NCBI GenBank assembly: GCA_963727775.1
Contig: CAVSHB010000001.1
Location: 1,152,001 to 1,216,000, forward strand
Direction: 5' to 3'
Source: an uncultured Nitrospiraceae bacterium
GTDB taxonomy: Bacteria > Nitrospirota > Thermodesulfovibrionia > Thermodesulfovibrionales > SM23-35
Length of the DNA stretch: 64,000 nt
Shown here one piece after another: positions 1-9,837 of the stretch (the stretch's first letter is position 1; each line of letters begins with the position of its first letter). A program made the translations under genes and the position numbers. The notes under the pieces were generated by a model, which saw only the letters and a program-made list of their open reading frames with translations, had not been told where the DNA came from and searched no databases.

Positions 1-149
1 TGATGGTGCGATTTTGTTATACGAACACTAACTTCACTTTTTGTTCGGATTTGTGATGCTATCCGAATCCGTTTGGGATGTTTCCCTATATAGATTCCTG
101 TTTGTAATCTACAATATTTTGGAACTTTTGGGAAGTGCGACATTCAGGA

Positions 150-330
150 AGTAGCACCCGCATTTTTACTGTAGCAAAAAATGTAGCAGAATTGTAGCAG
201 AAGGCATCCCAATTTTACATAATATCCCGAATATACCTGAAAGAACATAATATAAAATTAGTCCATATAATCAGTAAGTTAAGCTAAAACCCAAGCCAGA
301 AGCCAACCATCTAAAATGTGCCAAAAAACA
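150..330. mobile_element. Probable att junction (arm region) of an integrated element extending left of the window
   Basis: Abuts the broken tRNA-Leu anticodon loop. Direct repeats TGTAGCA at 170, 182, 193 (AGTAGCA at 150) resemble tyrosine-integrase arm sites. AATCAGTAAGTTA (269-281) fits the IHF consensus WATCARNNNNTTR. No integrase in the window. Confidence 0.6.
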
Positions 331-370
331 ATTTTAAGTCCCTTGCGTCTACCAATTCCGCCACTTCGGC
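331..370 (-). tRNA. tRNA-Leu(UAA), 5' half only
   Basis: Minus strand GCCGAAGTGGCGGAATTGGTAGACGCAAGGGACTTAAAAT gives the acceptor 5' strand, D-arm and anticodon loop CTTAAAA. The expected CCCT, variable arm and T-arm are replaced by TGTTTTTTGG. Confidence 0.9.
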
Positions 371-377
371 ACAGTTG

Positions 378-407
378 ATTTTAAACGATTGTCCGTTGTT
401 TGGTCAA
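378..407 (-). promoter_or_regulatory. sigma70 promoter of tRNA-Leu
   Basis: TTGACC-18nt-TAAAAT ending 7 nt before the first tRNA base. Confidence 0.7.
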
Positions 408-413
408 ACCTGG

Positions 414-701
414 TTACGGTTTTCTGAATAAATCCTCTAACCGTTGTTTTATTTTTTCCTTTTCTTTTGCGGGTGCAAAGGTTGCCGATTCTCTGAAAGT
501 GAAATAATCACAGAAATTTGCTCTGTCCCTTGCTCTCTGAAATTCGGCCTTTGGTTCGATGCATTTATTATGGCTTGTTTCTGAGTAAAACGTGCAGTTA
601 AGGCAGATGTGGAGGTCACCCCCGCACTCCAGGCACGTCGACTTTCTTGAAAAATATTTGTCTACTGCAACTTCTTTCCCGCATAAAGCGCATACCATCA
701 T
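414..701 (-). CDS. Cys-rich hypothetical protein (zinc-ribbon-like)
   Basis: Three CxxC motifs plus NFCDYF; GGAGG RBS. Confidence 0.75.
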   Translation of the reverse strand: MMVCALCGKEVAVDKYFSRKSTCLECGGDLHICLNCTFYSETSHNKCIEPKAEFQRARDRANFCDYFTFRESATFAPAKEKEKIKQRLEDLFRKP

Positions 702-761
702 GTTAACCTCCGGGATAGCATGAGAGGCTTGGTCTCATATTTTAATTAAGATGGAGACGGT

Positions 762-1046
762 CTATTTAATCTTTTTTATGAAATCTTCAATAGGCAACGC
801 TGCAAGACTGAGAAGCTGCACCGAGCCTCTTGCCCCGAGATCAACGGACATCTTCAGCATAGCGGCATTATCTTCGGCTTCAACGATATTTACGAAATCA
901 TATGGTCCGAGCACTGCAAACTGTTCCCTTACCTTAACCCCCATCTTGGCAAGTTCCTTGTTGACTTCGAGTATCCTTTTCGGATTCTCCTTGATTGTCT
1001 TTCTCCCTTCATCTGTGAGCTTGCTTAGTACCACGTATACTGCCAT
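762..1046 (-). CDS. GYD domain protein
   Basis: LSKLTDEGRKTIKENPKR...VLGPYDFV pattern; strong RBS AAGGAGG. Confidence 0.85.
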   Translation of the reverse strand: MAVYVVLSKLTDEGRKTIKENPKRILEVNKELAKMGVKVREQFAVLGPYDFVNIVEAEDNAAMLKMSVDLGARGSVQLLSLAALPIEDFIKKIK

Positions 1047-1226
1047 TTTTCCCTCCTTGAATTATTGATTTAAGTTTAATAATTACTACTCCAATAGTAT
1101 TATATTGTAGGGATAAAGTCCAATTTCGTTTAGTCCAATGGACTTGTCAATTATGAGCAGTTCCGTGAATAGAAAATGTCGTTATGAATTTGACATTTCT
1201 TCCCTGTCTTTGATTAAATTAAATGC

Positions 1227-2057
1227 ATGTGGGAATATACCGAAAAAGTAAAAGAGTTTTTTCTGAAGCCCAAGAACATCGGGGAAATAGAGAACCCCGA
1301 CGCGGTCGGAGAGGTCGGTAGTATCATCTGCGGCGATGCTTTGAGGCTGACCTTAAAGATAGATAAAGAGACAAATAAAATTGTTGACGCCAAGTTTCAG
1401 ACATTCGGATGCGCGAGCGCAATCGCAAGCTCATCTGCGATGACCGAGATTATTAAAGGGAAAACTTTGGATGAGGCTATGCAGATAACAAATCAGGACA
1501 TTGCGGAATTTCTCGGAGGTCTGCCTCAGGAAAAAATGCACTGCTCTGTTATGGGGCAAGAGGCCCTTGAGGCTGCTATCGGCAATTACAGAGGTATTCC
1601 GGTAGTGGTAGAAGAAGAGGGGAGGGTTGTATGTAAATGTTTTAATGTTACTGAAGAGAAGATAAGGAAGGTCGCAATTGAGAACCATCTTACAACAGTC
1701 GATGAGATTACGGATTATACAAAAGCGGGCGGCGGATGCGGTGAATGCAGAAGCGAGATTGAGTCTATCCTAAGTGACATATGGTCTCTGAAAGCGCCTG
1801 AAAAACCTGCGAAACCAAAGAAGCTTACAAACCTTCAGAAGATAGCGCTCATACAGGAAGTCATTGAGAGGGAAATAAGGCCCGGACTGCAGGCAGACGG
1901 CGGGGATATCGAGCTTATCGATATAGACGGGAATAAGGTCGTTATAGCCCTGCGCGGAATGTGTACAGGCTGTGTCATGGCCGATGTGACGGTCAAAGGC
2001 GTTGAGGAAAAACTCAGGGAATTGGTGAGTGAAGAAATAGTTGTGGAAACTCAATGA
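1227..2057 (+). CDS. nifU: Fe-S cluster scaffold NifU (IscU-like + Bfd-like + NifU-C domains)
   Basis: CGD, FQTFGCASAIAS, KMHCS, CKC..GGGCGEC, C-terminal CTGC. Confidence 0.97.
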   Translation: MWEYTEKVKEFFLKPKNIGEIENPDAVGEVGSIICGDALRLTLKIDKETNKIVDAKFQTFGCASAIASSSAMTEIIKGKTLDEAMQITNQDIAEFLGGLPQEKMHCSVMGQEALEAAIGNYRGIPVVVEEEGRVVCKCFNVTEEKIRKVAIENHLTTVDEITDYTKAGGGCGECRSEIESILSDIWSLKAPEKPAKPKKLTNLQKIALIQEVIEREIRPGLQADGGDIELIDIDGNKVVIALRGMCTGCVMADVTVKGVEEKLRELVSEEIVVETQ

Positions 2058-3238
2058 ATACAATATACCTTGACAATAACGCAACTACGGCTGTTGCCCC
2101 GGAAGTCTTCGAAGTAATGCTTCCATATCTGAAAGACCTCTATGGCAACCCTTCGAGCATGCATACCTTTGGCGGTCAGCTGCATAGAAAGGTTGAAGAG
2201 GCGCGGGCCAGGGTTGCAGATCTTATAGGTGCAGATCCTGAAGAGATAATATTCACAAGCTGCGGTACGGAAAGCGATAATACGGCTATAATGAGTGCTG
2301 TCGAGTCTCTGCCGAATAAAAAACATATTGTTACGACGCGGGTTGAGCACCCGGCAGTTTTAAATTTTTGCAAACATCTTGCAAGAAAAGGGTTCAGGGC
2401 TACATTCCTTCCTGTGAATAATAGCGGTCAGATCAATATAAGCGAATTCTTAAAGGCAATTGATGATGAGACTGGGGTTGTAAGCATCATGTATGCGAAC
2501 AATGAGACGGGAAACATCTTTCCTGTTACGGAAATAGCCGAAATCCTCAAAGAAAGACGGATTTTGTTTCATACGGACGCTGTCCAGGCTGTCGGGAAAA
2601 TACCTATCGATTTGAAGAAACTGCCTGTCGAGATGCTCTCCTTATCAGGCCATAAACTCCATGCGCCCAAAGGGGTAGGCGCTTTATACGTGAGGAAAGG
2701 GACAAGGTTTTTTCCTTACATAATAGGAGGCCATCAGGAGAGGGGAAGAAGGGCAGGCACTGAAAATGTCGCGTCGATCATCGGGCTTGGAAAAGCGTGC
2801 GAGCTTGCAAAGCAGAACCTTAATGAAGAAGTTTCTTATTTGAGTAAGTTACGCGATAAGCTTGAACTATCGCTTTTGAATTGTTGCCCGGATGTTAGGG
2901 TAAATGGAGATGCAAGCAGCAGATTGCCCAATACAACCAACATCAGTTTTGAATATGTTGAGGGAGAAGCCATACTTCTAAGACTGAACGAATACGGAAT
3001 ATGCGCCTCCTCGGGCTCGGCCTGCACATCAGGATCGCTGGAGCCTTCTCATGTATTGAGGGCCATGGGAGTGCCTTTTACGGCTATCCACGGTTCGATC
3101 AGGTTTTCTTTAAGCAGGTACAACACAGAAGCCGAGATGGACAAGGTAATAGAAATTATGCCCGGGATTATAAAGACTTTAAGAGACCTCTCTCCGTTTG
3201 GACGGGAAAAATTACTGCAGAATATTAAATGTACTTAA
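2054..3238 (+). CDS. nifS: Cysteine desulfurase NifS
   Basis: YLDNNATT, HTDAVQ, SGHKLH, SSGSACTS; overlaps nifU. Confidence 0.97.
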   Translation: MNTIYLDNNATTAVAPEVFEVMLPYLKDLYGNPSSMHTFGGQLHRKVEEARARVADLIGADPEEIIFTSCGTESDNTAIMSAVESLPNKKHIVTTRVEHPAVLNFCKHLARKGFRATFLPVNNSGQINISEFLKAIDDETGVVSIMYANNETGNIFPVTEIAEILKERRILFHTDAVQAVGKIPIDLKKLPVEMLSLSGHKLHAPKGVGALYVRKGTRFFPYIIGGHQERGRRAGTENVASIIGLGKACELAKQNLNEEVSYLSKLRDKLELSLLNCCPDVRVNGDASSRLPNTTNISFEYVEGEAILLRLNEYGICASSGSACTSGSLEPSHVLRAMGVPFTAIHGSIRFSLSRYNTEAEMDKVIEIMPGIIKTLRDLSPFGREKLLQNIKCT

Positions 3239-4059
3239 AACTTCTTGAAATTACGACTGATACTGTTTGGATAAGCCCTGCCTAAAGGCCTGAAAAAAGA
3301 TGCGTTTAGTTCTCTCCTAAGAAATCCCCTGGAAATAGTTCCGCTTGGGTTTACCTTTACAACTTCAGATTTTCCCCAGTTCTGAAACAGGTCAATGATC
3401 TTATCGAGCGATTCCTGGTGCAACTTTTCTATGGCTCCTCTCATCGGCAATGAAGTGACAAGATTGCGGTCTATAAAATCGCCTATCCTTTCCCTGTTTA
3501 ATAGAGACAGAAACACCACACTTTTTAATATCCTCTTGTTTGTTTTAAAAGAGAAGACAAAACTCTCAAGAAAGTTTTCGAGGAAGATATCATTTCTTGT
3601 CTGTATCTTTCTTTCGATCTCTACAGCCTGAAGCCAGTATTTTTTGTCGATAATACAATCGGCTTTTAATTCAAGCAATGTATGCCCGATGTTCTTTTTG
3701 TCCACGGTATAAGTATTGTGGGCGACTGTGTCTGCTGCAAGATGGCTCATATATCCATATACAAATGCCTTCTGCTGTCTCGTTTCGGCTGCCCTTAAAA
3801 GCTCGAAGGCAAAGTCCCAGTTGTGCGAGTTTTTATCTTCGGGCAGGTATTTCTTTCCTACGATAATATCCGCCATGAGATTACCATATATAAAATCTTT
3901 CTTATACCGTCTGATGACTTCGAATAAGCCTGCGGGCAGCAGTGAAGCAAGTGAAAATAACTCATTAGCAAGATAAGTATGTGTTAACGGCCCCCATGCG
4001 AACGCCAATGCCGGCATTAATAAAAAAGATATAATTATAAGCAACTTAAATATTTTCAT
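3235..4059 (-). CDS. Zinc-dependent phospholipase C family protein, secreted
   Basis: Signal peptide followed by WGPLTH; YGYMSHLAADTVAH. Confidence 0.8.
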   Translation of the reverse strand: MKIFKLLIIISFLLMPALAFAWGPLTHTYLANELFSLASLLPAGLFEVIRRYKKDFIYGNLMADIIVGKKYLPEDKNSHNWDFAFELLRAAETRQQKAFVYGYMSHLAADTVAHNTYTVDKKNIGHTLLELKADCIIDKKYWLQAVEIERKIQTRNDIFLENFLESFVFSFKTNKRILKSVVFLSLLNRERIGDFIDRNLVTSLPMRGAIEKLHQESLDKIIDLFQNWGKSEVVKVNPSGTISRGFLRRELNASFFRPLGRAYPNSISRNFKKF

Positions 4060-5503
4060 TTAACCTCTTTATTAAATTTAAAATAAGCCTCACGCCGATG
4101 CCTGAAGCGCCCTTGGGCATATAGGGCTTCTCTTTGTCTGTCCACGCGGTCCCGGCTATATCAAGATGGACCCAGGGAACATCTCCCGCAAATTCACGCA
4201 GAAAGTATGCTGATGATACCAAAGAACCGCTTTTGCCTCCTGTGTTCTTGAGATCAGCGATATCGCTCTTTAAATATTCCTTATATTCTTCAAATAACGG
4301 CATCTCCCATACCCTTTCATGTATATTATCGCCTGATTCTTTAAATTTAGCAAGCAATTCCCTGTCATTACCCATCATGGCTATCGCCCCGTTCCCAAAA
4401 GCTATAGAACACGCGCCTGTCAGCGTTGCTATATCAATAATTGCCCTTGGCTTAAAACGTTCTGCATAGCCGAGCGCGTCTGCCAAAGTCATACGTCCTT
4501 CGGCATCCGTACTGATTATTTCAATAGTCTTCCCATTTATCGCCCTGACAACATCCCCGGGTCTTGTGGCAGATCCCCCAATGAGATTTTCCGTTGCAGG
4601 CAATATGCCGACGAGGTTGACCGGGACTTTCAATTCAGAGACGGCTTTCATCACCCCAAGGACGGCAGCGCCGCCTGCCATATCATATTTCATCTTTTCC
4701 ATGCCGTCAGACGGTTTTATTGATAAGCCCCCGCTGTCAAAAGTGACCGATTTCCCTATCAGCACCAACGGCGGTCCTTTTGAACCATTGTAATGAAGAA
4801 CGATAAATTTCGGCGGCGTGTCCGAACCATGAGAGACCGACAGGTAAGACCCCATGCCGAGTCTCCGCGCATCTTTGTTTTCCAGAACTTTTACAGAAAG
4901 GTCCTTACGTTTGAGAGATACGGCAGCGCTTGCAAGATGTGACGGAGTCATGTCATTTGCCGGGGTGTTTATCAAATCCCTCGCAAAATTGACTGCAAAT
5001 GCCGCTGCTTTGGTCCACCGCAGATTATCTTCAAGTGCCCTTGATGGTCTTGAAAGGATTATGATTTTCTCAATTTCCTTACGGTCTTTATCAGTGACAT
5101 ATTTGGTGAACTTATATAGCCCCAGCAGACTCCCTTCAATAAAATCCGCCGGGGACATCTTGAGTGATTCCAGGACATGGGTGGACAATGCAGCTTTTCT
5201 CATGCCCATGTCTCTCAGATATGTTCCGGCTTTACCCCCGGCCTGTCTTACCTTCTCTGCCGAAATAATGTCTTTTTTACCAAGCCCGATGAGCAGCAGC
5301 CTTTCCGGTGCTATGTCCTCGGGTGCGGGGATTAGGAAGGCCTCATTTTGTTTGCCGTGGAACTCTTTCGAAAATACTTTATTGATCAGTTTTGAAACGG
5401 AAGGGAGATCATTGTAAAGCCCTGGACACCCTTCTGTAAAAGGCAGAATTAAGGCCTGGCAGGCGCAATCCGCCGGTTTGATGTTCTTTATAGATAAATT
5501 CAT
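4046..5503 (-). CDS. pepA: Leucyl aminopeptidase (M17)
   Basis: GKSVTFDSGG, MKYDMAG, TDAEGR, ATLTGA, HLDIAG. Confidence 0.95.
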   Translation of the reverse strand: MNLSIKNIKPADCACQALILPFTEGCPGLYNDLPSVSKLINKVFSKEFHGKQNEAFLIPAPEDIAPERLLLIGLGKKDIISAEKVRQAGGKAGTYLRDMGMRKAALSTHVLESLKMSPADFIEGSLLGLYKFTKYVTDKDRKEIEKIIILSRPSRALEDNLRWTKAAAFAVNFARDLINTPANDMTPSHLASAAVSLKRKDLSVKVLENKDARRLGMGSYLSVSHGSDTPPKFIVLHYNGSKGPPLVLIGKSVTFDSGGLSIKPSDGMEKMKYDMAGGAAVLGVMKAVSELKVPVNLVGILPATENLIGGSATRPGDVVRAINGKTIEIISTDAEGRMTLADALGYAERFKPRAIIDIATLTGACSIAFGNGAIAMMGNDRELLAKFKESGDNIHERVWEMPLFEEYKEYLKSDIADLKNTGGKSGSLVSSAYFLREFAGDVPWVHLDIAGTAWTDKEKPYMPKGASGIGVRLILNLIKRLNENI

Positions 5504-5608
5504 TATTTCAAAAAACTTACTTTAAGTTTAGCTGATCTCCTGGGAAATATCTACGATATATAGGATAAAGCCGATTGACAGAAATATTTATTTAAGCAAT
5601 TATTTATT

Positions 5609-6769
5609 ATGTTTCCTGAATCGGGCACATTTTTTACAAATGAAACGATAGAAAAGTTATACGGGGTCCCTTTTACGGACGGCAATAAGGTGACCATTTT
5701 ATGGAAAAGTAAAGAACTTTTCCATACCATATTTGATTTTGTGAGAGGGGCGAAAGAATTAATATGTCTTGAATTTTATATATTCCGTAATGACGATACA
5801 GGAAATGAACTGGCGGAAATCCTTAAACGGAAGGCACTGGAAGGCGTAAAGGTTTATATCCTGTATGACCAGTTCGGTTCGATCGGGACTCCTGTAAAGT
5901 TCTGGAGAAGCCTGAGACAGGCAGGGGTCCGGATAAGGGCCTCACATCCTTTTAAGTGGACTTCGCCTTTTCATTATGCCTATCGGGACCATAAGAAACT
6001 GATAATAATTGACGGCGTCAAAGCCTTCACCGGCGGGCTTAACATCGCAAATGAATACAGGGGATACCACAGGTTCCATAAGATTAAGGGGTGGAGGGAC
6101 ACCGGCATATTTCTTGAAGGGCCGATAGCGAAAACATTGCTCGATATATTCAGAAAAAGCTGGGAGATCTGGAAAGGCGATCCGATTTCCTTCGACAAGA
6201 ATGTAGAGCAGATACAGAAAGGCCTTCCGGTCCTGCCGATATTTGCGAGTTCGTCTAGAGGAAGGAGGAAGATGAGGAAGCTTCTTTATTACAGCATCAA
6301 TCACGCCCAAAGAAGTATCTATCTGACGACTGCCTACTTTACTCCGAGCAGAAGGATGCTTCATGTACTTGAGGCCGCTGTTTTGAGAGGAGTGAGAGTG
6401 AAGCTTCTTTTGCCGGGGAAAACAGATGTTCAGGCGGCCTATTATGCGGCGAGGGCTTCTTTTACAAAGCTCCTGAAGGCGGGAGTTTTTATATATAATT
6501 ATAACGGTGAGATACTACATGCAAAGACTTCCGTGTTTGATGAAGTCTGGAGTATAATCGGTTCTGCAAACCTCGATTTCCAGTCATTGAGGAGAAACGA
6601 TGAGGGCAATGTGGGAATAATGAATGAAGGTTTTGCCGGGCAGATGATCGATATATTTCATGATGACCTGGTACAGTCCTCAAGGATAATGCCCGAGGCG
6701 TGGCGTCAAAGACCATTTTTTGAAAAGGTCAAGGAAAGATTTTTTTCGTTATTCAGAAGAAGACTATAA
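5609..6769 (+). CDS. cls: Cardiolipin synthase / phospholipase D family (ClsB-like, no N-terminal TM)
   Basis: Two HKD motifs (HKKLIIID, HAKTSVFD), WRDT, GSANLD. Confidence 0.9.
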   Translation: MFPESGTFFTNETIEKLYGVPFTDGNKVTILWKSKELFHTIFDFVRGAKELICLEFYIFRNDDTGNELAEILKRKALEGVKVYILYDQFGSIGTPVKFWRSLRQAGVRIRASHPFKWTSPFHYAYRDHKKLIIIDGVKAFTGGLNIANEYRGYHRFHKIKGWRDTGIFLEGPIAKTLLDIFRKSWEIWKGDPISFDKNVEQIQKGLPVLPIFASSSRGRRKMRKLLYYSINHAQRSIYLTTAYFTPSRRMLHVLEAAVLRGVRVKLLLPGKTDVQAAYYAARASFTKLLKAGVFIYNYNGEILHAKTSVFDEVWSIIGSANLDFQSLRRNDEGNVGIMNEGFAGQMIDIFHDDLVQSSRIMPEAWRQRPFFEKVKERFFSLFRRRL

Positions 6770-6895
6770 ACAGACTTCACATAATTTCAGGAAAGCATTT
6801 CAGCTGGATATTTTTTCTGCCTGCAACTGTCTTTAGCCTATCTTTTTTTGAAACGCCGCCGCATGCTCCATCTATGCAGTTAGATGGTTTTTTTC

Positions 6896-7369
6896 TTACT
6901 TTAGGGTTTTCGGCCTGTCCCTTTTTGCATTGACTATGCAAAAGAAACCGAAGGGTTCTTTATAGGGATTTCTTAACTGGTGCGGAGCGCAGGGTTCTAT
7001 ATAAAGCGTATCAAGAAACCCTATCCTGTATCTCTTTTTGTTGACGACGCATTCGCCTTTTCCATTGATCCCGATAACAACGTGCTCATGCTTATGCATC
7101 TCGAAACTGCTGTAACCCGCGGCGGCAATTTCAAAATATCTGAGGTGAAATTTGGGTGTTTCTCCGCAATTACCGATTAATGTCTGTCTTGCAATATCAG
7201 ACCAGTCAAACCCTGTTCGTTTATATCTCTCGGTTTTAATGCCTTTCCATCTGAAGCCGCCTTTGTATTTATAAAGCCTGCTCTTATTTTCTTTCGCTGT
7301 TCCTTTTTCTTCAGAAGGCTTCTTTTGCCAATCACATGATACCGGAGTTATTTTTTTCTTTTTAATCAT
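6896..7369 (-). CDS. Cupin domain protein
   Basis: FEIAAAGYSSFEMHKHEH...PHQLRN metal-binding cupin motifs. Confidence 0.85.
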   Translation of the reverse strand: MIKKKKITPVSCDWQKKPSEEKGTAKENKSRLYKYKGGFRWKGIKTERYKRTGFDWSDIARQTLIGNCGETPKFHLRYFEIAAAGYSSFEMHKHEHVVIGINGKGECVVNKKRYRIGFLDTLYIEPCAPHQLRNPYKEPFGFFCIVNAKRDRPKTLK

Positions 7370-7400
7370 TTTGAATAATGTTTAACATTTTGAACAGGGC

Positions 7401-8438
7401 TCAATCAAAAACAATCAAACTTTTCAAGGAGTCCCTGGCCTCTGACGTTAACCTGAATGCCTCTGCAGTCATTTCAATCGGGAACCTGTGCGTGACAAGT
7501 TTACCGGCCCTTACCGTTCCTTTCTCTATTATCTCAAGCGCATCGGCTGTGTCTGTCGGTCCGCAGGAATAGCTGGTGATTAAATTGATGTCCCTGAAAT
7601 ATAAGTCATTCGGATCAATAGTCAGCCGGTCATCAGGTTTTGCAGGAGTAAAAAATAGGACACTACCTCCTGCTCTGACAGCAGAGAGTCCCTGTTTCAT
7701 TGCTTCAATGCTGTTTGGGCCGACAATAACAATATCAGCCATCTCTCCATTCGTGATATCTTTCAAGGCATCAATGAGATCATATTTTGAGACGTCGATG
7801 ACCTCATACGTGCCAAATTCCCTGGCTTTTCCAAGCCTGAATGAGACCATATCGGCCCCGATGATTTTACCTGCCCCGAAATGCTTTGACAGTACAATAT
7901 GTATTTGTCCCATTATACCGAGACCGATTACGAGGACGGTATCCCCGCGTTTGATGTTAACTCTCCTCAATGCCTTCACGACGCACGCAGTCGGTTCTAT
8001 CAATGTGCCGTCCTCGTAACTCAACTCATCGGGCAAAGAGATTGTATCGTTTTCAAGATTTACCTGCGGAATGAGAATATATTCAGAAACACCGCCGGGA
8101 ATTATTTTTGTATTTTTCCATGTTGCACACTGCACATAATCTCCCCGCCTGCAGTATTTACATACGAAACACGGCGCATGGTGATGCACAAAAACCCTGT
8201 CCCCGGGTTTGAAGGATCTAACATCACGGCCGACTTCAACTATCTCACCCGCCGGCTCGTGCCCGAGAACCAGAGGCGCCTTTTTTTCGATATACCACCG
8301 CATGACGTCTCCTGAGCATATGCCGCTTGCCCGTGTCTTGATAAGGGCTTCTCCAGCTCCTACTGCCGGAACAGGTATATCTTCTATGCGGATGTCATTG
8401 AAGCTGTATAATTTAGCGGTCTTCATTGTTAGCACCAA
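7401..8438 (-). CDS. Zn-dependent MDR alcohol dehydrogenase
   Basis: GICSGD, GHE, structural-Zn cysteines, GLGIMG. Confidence 0.92.
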   Translation of the reverse strand: MVLTMKTAKLYSFNDIRIEDIPVPAVGAGEALIKTRASGICSGDVMRWYIEKKAPLVLGHEPAGEIVEVGRDVRSFKPGDRVFVHHHAPCFVCKYCRRGDYVQCATWKNTKIIPGGVSEYILIPQVNLENDTISLPDELSYEDGTLIEPTACVVKALRRVNIKRGDTVLVIGLGIMGQIHIVLSKHFGAGKIIGADMVSFRLGKAREFGTYEVIDVSKYDLIDALKDITNGEMADIVIVGPNSIEAMKQGLSAVRAGGSVLFFTPAKPDDRLTIDPNDLYFRDINLITSYSCGPTDTADALEIIEKGTVRAGKLVTHRFPIEMTAEAFRLTSEARDSLKSLIVFD

Positions 8439-8509
8439 AATTTCTTATAAAATGGATAACGTGACATTAACCTAAAAGCTGCATTTTTCGGGTTAACCGC
8501 ATTTCCCGA

Positions 8510-9526
8510 TTAAGGGATGATTGCATATTTTATTCCAATTCCTTTGGCGAGTTTATCAAAGGCTCTTTGTGTTTGCGTTAGCGGGAATTTACCTGAAATG
8601 AGTCCTGATACACTGATTTTTTTTTGACAGAGGAGCCTGTAAGCTTTCTTCACATCGGCTGGAGTGTAATGGAAGGTCCCCATTAAAGTTATTTCATTAT
8701 AGTGGAGTTTCCCTGTGTCATAGGTTACTGTTGTGCCGGGTTTACATCCTCCGAAGAGAACGACCTTCCCTCCCTTTCGCACATAATCGATAGATTCCTG
8801 CCAGACCTCAGGCACGCCGGTACACTCAAAGACATAATCAACCCCGATGTCCTTCGTAACCTTCTTTATAGCAGTATTAACATTTTCCGGCTGAGAAACA
8901 GAGTCTGCTCCAAGTTCCTTTGCGATGTTCAGTTTTTTATTATGCTTGTCCGTTAAAGCTACCACAGCCCCTTTTTCCTTGAGAAGCAGTAAATGAAGGA
9001 GTCCTATGGGGCCGGCCCCTATGACCAATGCTGTTTCCCCTTTGTGTATTCCAAGCGGCTCTATGCCATGCACCACACATGAGAGGGGCTCAAGAAACGC
9101 GGCCTCCTCAAAAGGCAGGGCTTCAGGTTTGTGAAATGTATTTTGTCTTACGATGTGAGAGGGCAGCAAAATATATTCTGCAAATGCACCGAGGACCTTT
9201 GTTCCCATTATATTTTCACAGAGGTTATAAGCGCTTTTCTTGCAGTAGCTGCATTTGAGGCATGGGGCGCTGTGGACCGCCATTATTTTGTCATTCTTCC
9301 TGAACCCTTTCACTCCCTGGCCTGCACTATCAACTATCCCGGAGAATTCATGGCCGAAAACCCCGGGCATTGGAATTACAGGATGTCCGCGTTTGAATGC
9401 CTTAAGGTCTGTTCCACATGTGAGGGCCGCCTTTATCTTTATGAGAAGCTCTCCATCCGAGGGTCCGGGTTTTTCCCGATGTTGAAGCTCTATTCTGCCG
9501 GGGTTGATAAGGATGTTTGCAAGCAA
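8510..9526 (-). CDS. Zn-dependent MDR alcohol dehydrogenase (paralog)
   Basis: TCGTD, GHE, CLKCSYC...C, GAGPIG. Confidence 0.92.
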   Translation of the reverse strand: MLANILINPGRIELQHREKPGPSDGELLIKIKAALTCGTDLKAFKRGHPVIPMPGVFGHEFSGIVDSAGQGVKGFRKNDKIMAVHSAPCLKCSYCKKSAYNLCENIMGTKVLGAFAEYILLPSHIVRQNTFHKPEALPFEEAAFLEPLSCVVHGIEPLGIHKGETALVIGAGPIGLLHLLLLKEKGAVVALTDKHNKKLNIAKELGADSVSQPENVNTAIKKVTKDIGVDYVFECTGVPEVWQESIDYVRKGGKVVLFGGCKPGTTVTYDTGKLHYNEITLMGTFHYTPADVKKAYRLLCQKKISVSGLISGKFPLTQTQRAFDKLAKGIGIKYAIIP

Positions 9527-9528
9527 GA

Positions 9529-9777
9529 TTAAAATTCCAGCTTGCCGCCCACTATCTGTCCTGCAACGGCAGCAAGCGCAAAAACCGGGATGTATTTCAT
9601 CTCAATATGGGAAACAGTTCTTGCAATGAAAATAAAAGGGATAGGGGCATGTATACACAGGAACCAGCGCAATGAATATTTTATTGATCTTGTCCTGAGA
9701 TAACCGAAAGGCAGATTAAGAATAAGGGTGAATGCAAACAGTATCAGGATAGTATAATATTTATTATAGAATTCCAT
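9529..9777 (-). CDS. Small membrane protein
   Basis: Three hydrophobic segments; NLPFGYLR...WFLCIHAPIPF; first gene of the MDR operon. Confidence 0.75.
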   Translation of the reverse strand: MEFYNKYYTILILFAFTLILNLPFGYLRTRSIKYSLRWFLCIHAPIPFIFIARTVSHIEMKYIPVFALAAVAGQIVGGKLEF

Positions 9778-9837
9778 AACTGAAAAAATACCTTAAAGAG
9801 ATGGTCTAAGTCAAATGACCGAAAGAGAGGCTGTTTC

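Noticed and set aside
1..335. Group I intron in tRNA-Leu(UAA)
   Set aside because: No recognisable P/Q/R/S core elements and no 3' exon within the 330 nt available. Arm-type repeats and an IHF-like site fit an att junction better. It cannot be fully excluded without upstream sequence.
1078..1108. Palindrome TACTA-CTCCAA-TAGTA as an Rrf2/IscR operator for nifUS
   Set aside because: Short, in an AT-rich tract, and no regulator gene in the window; not distinguishable from chance
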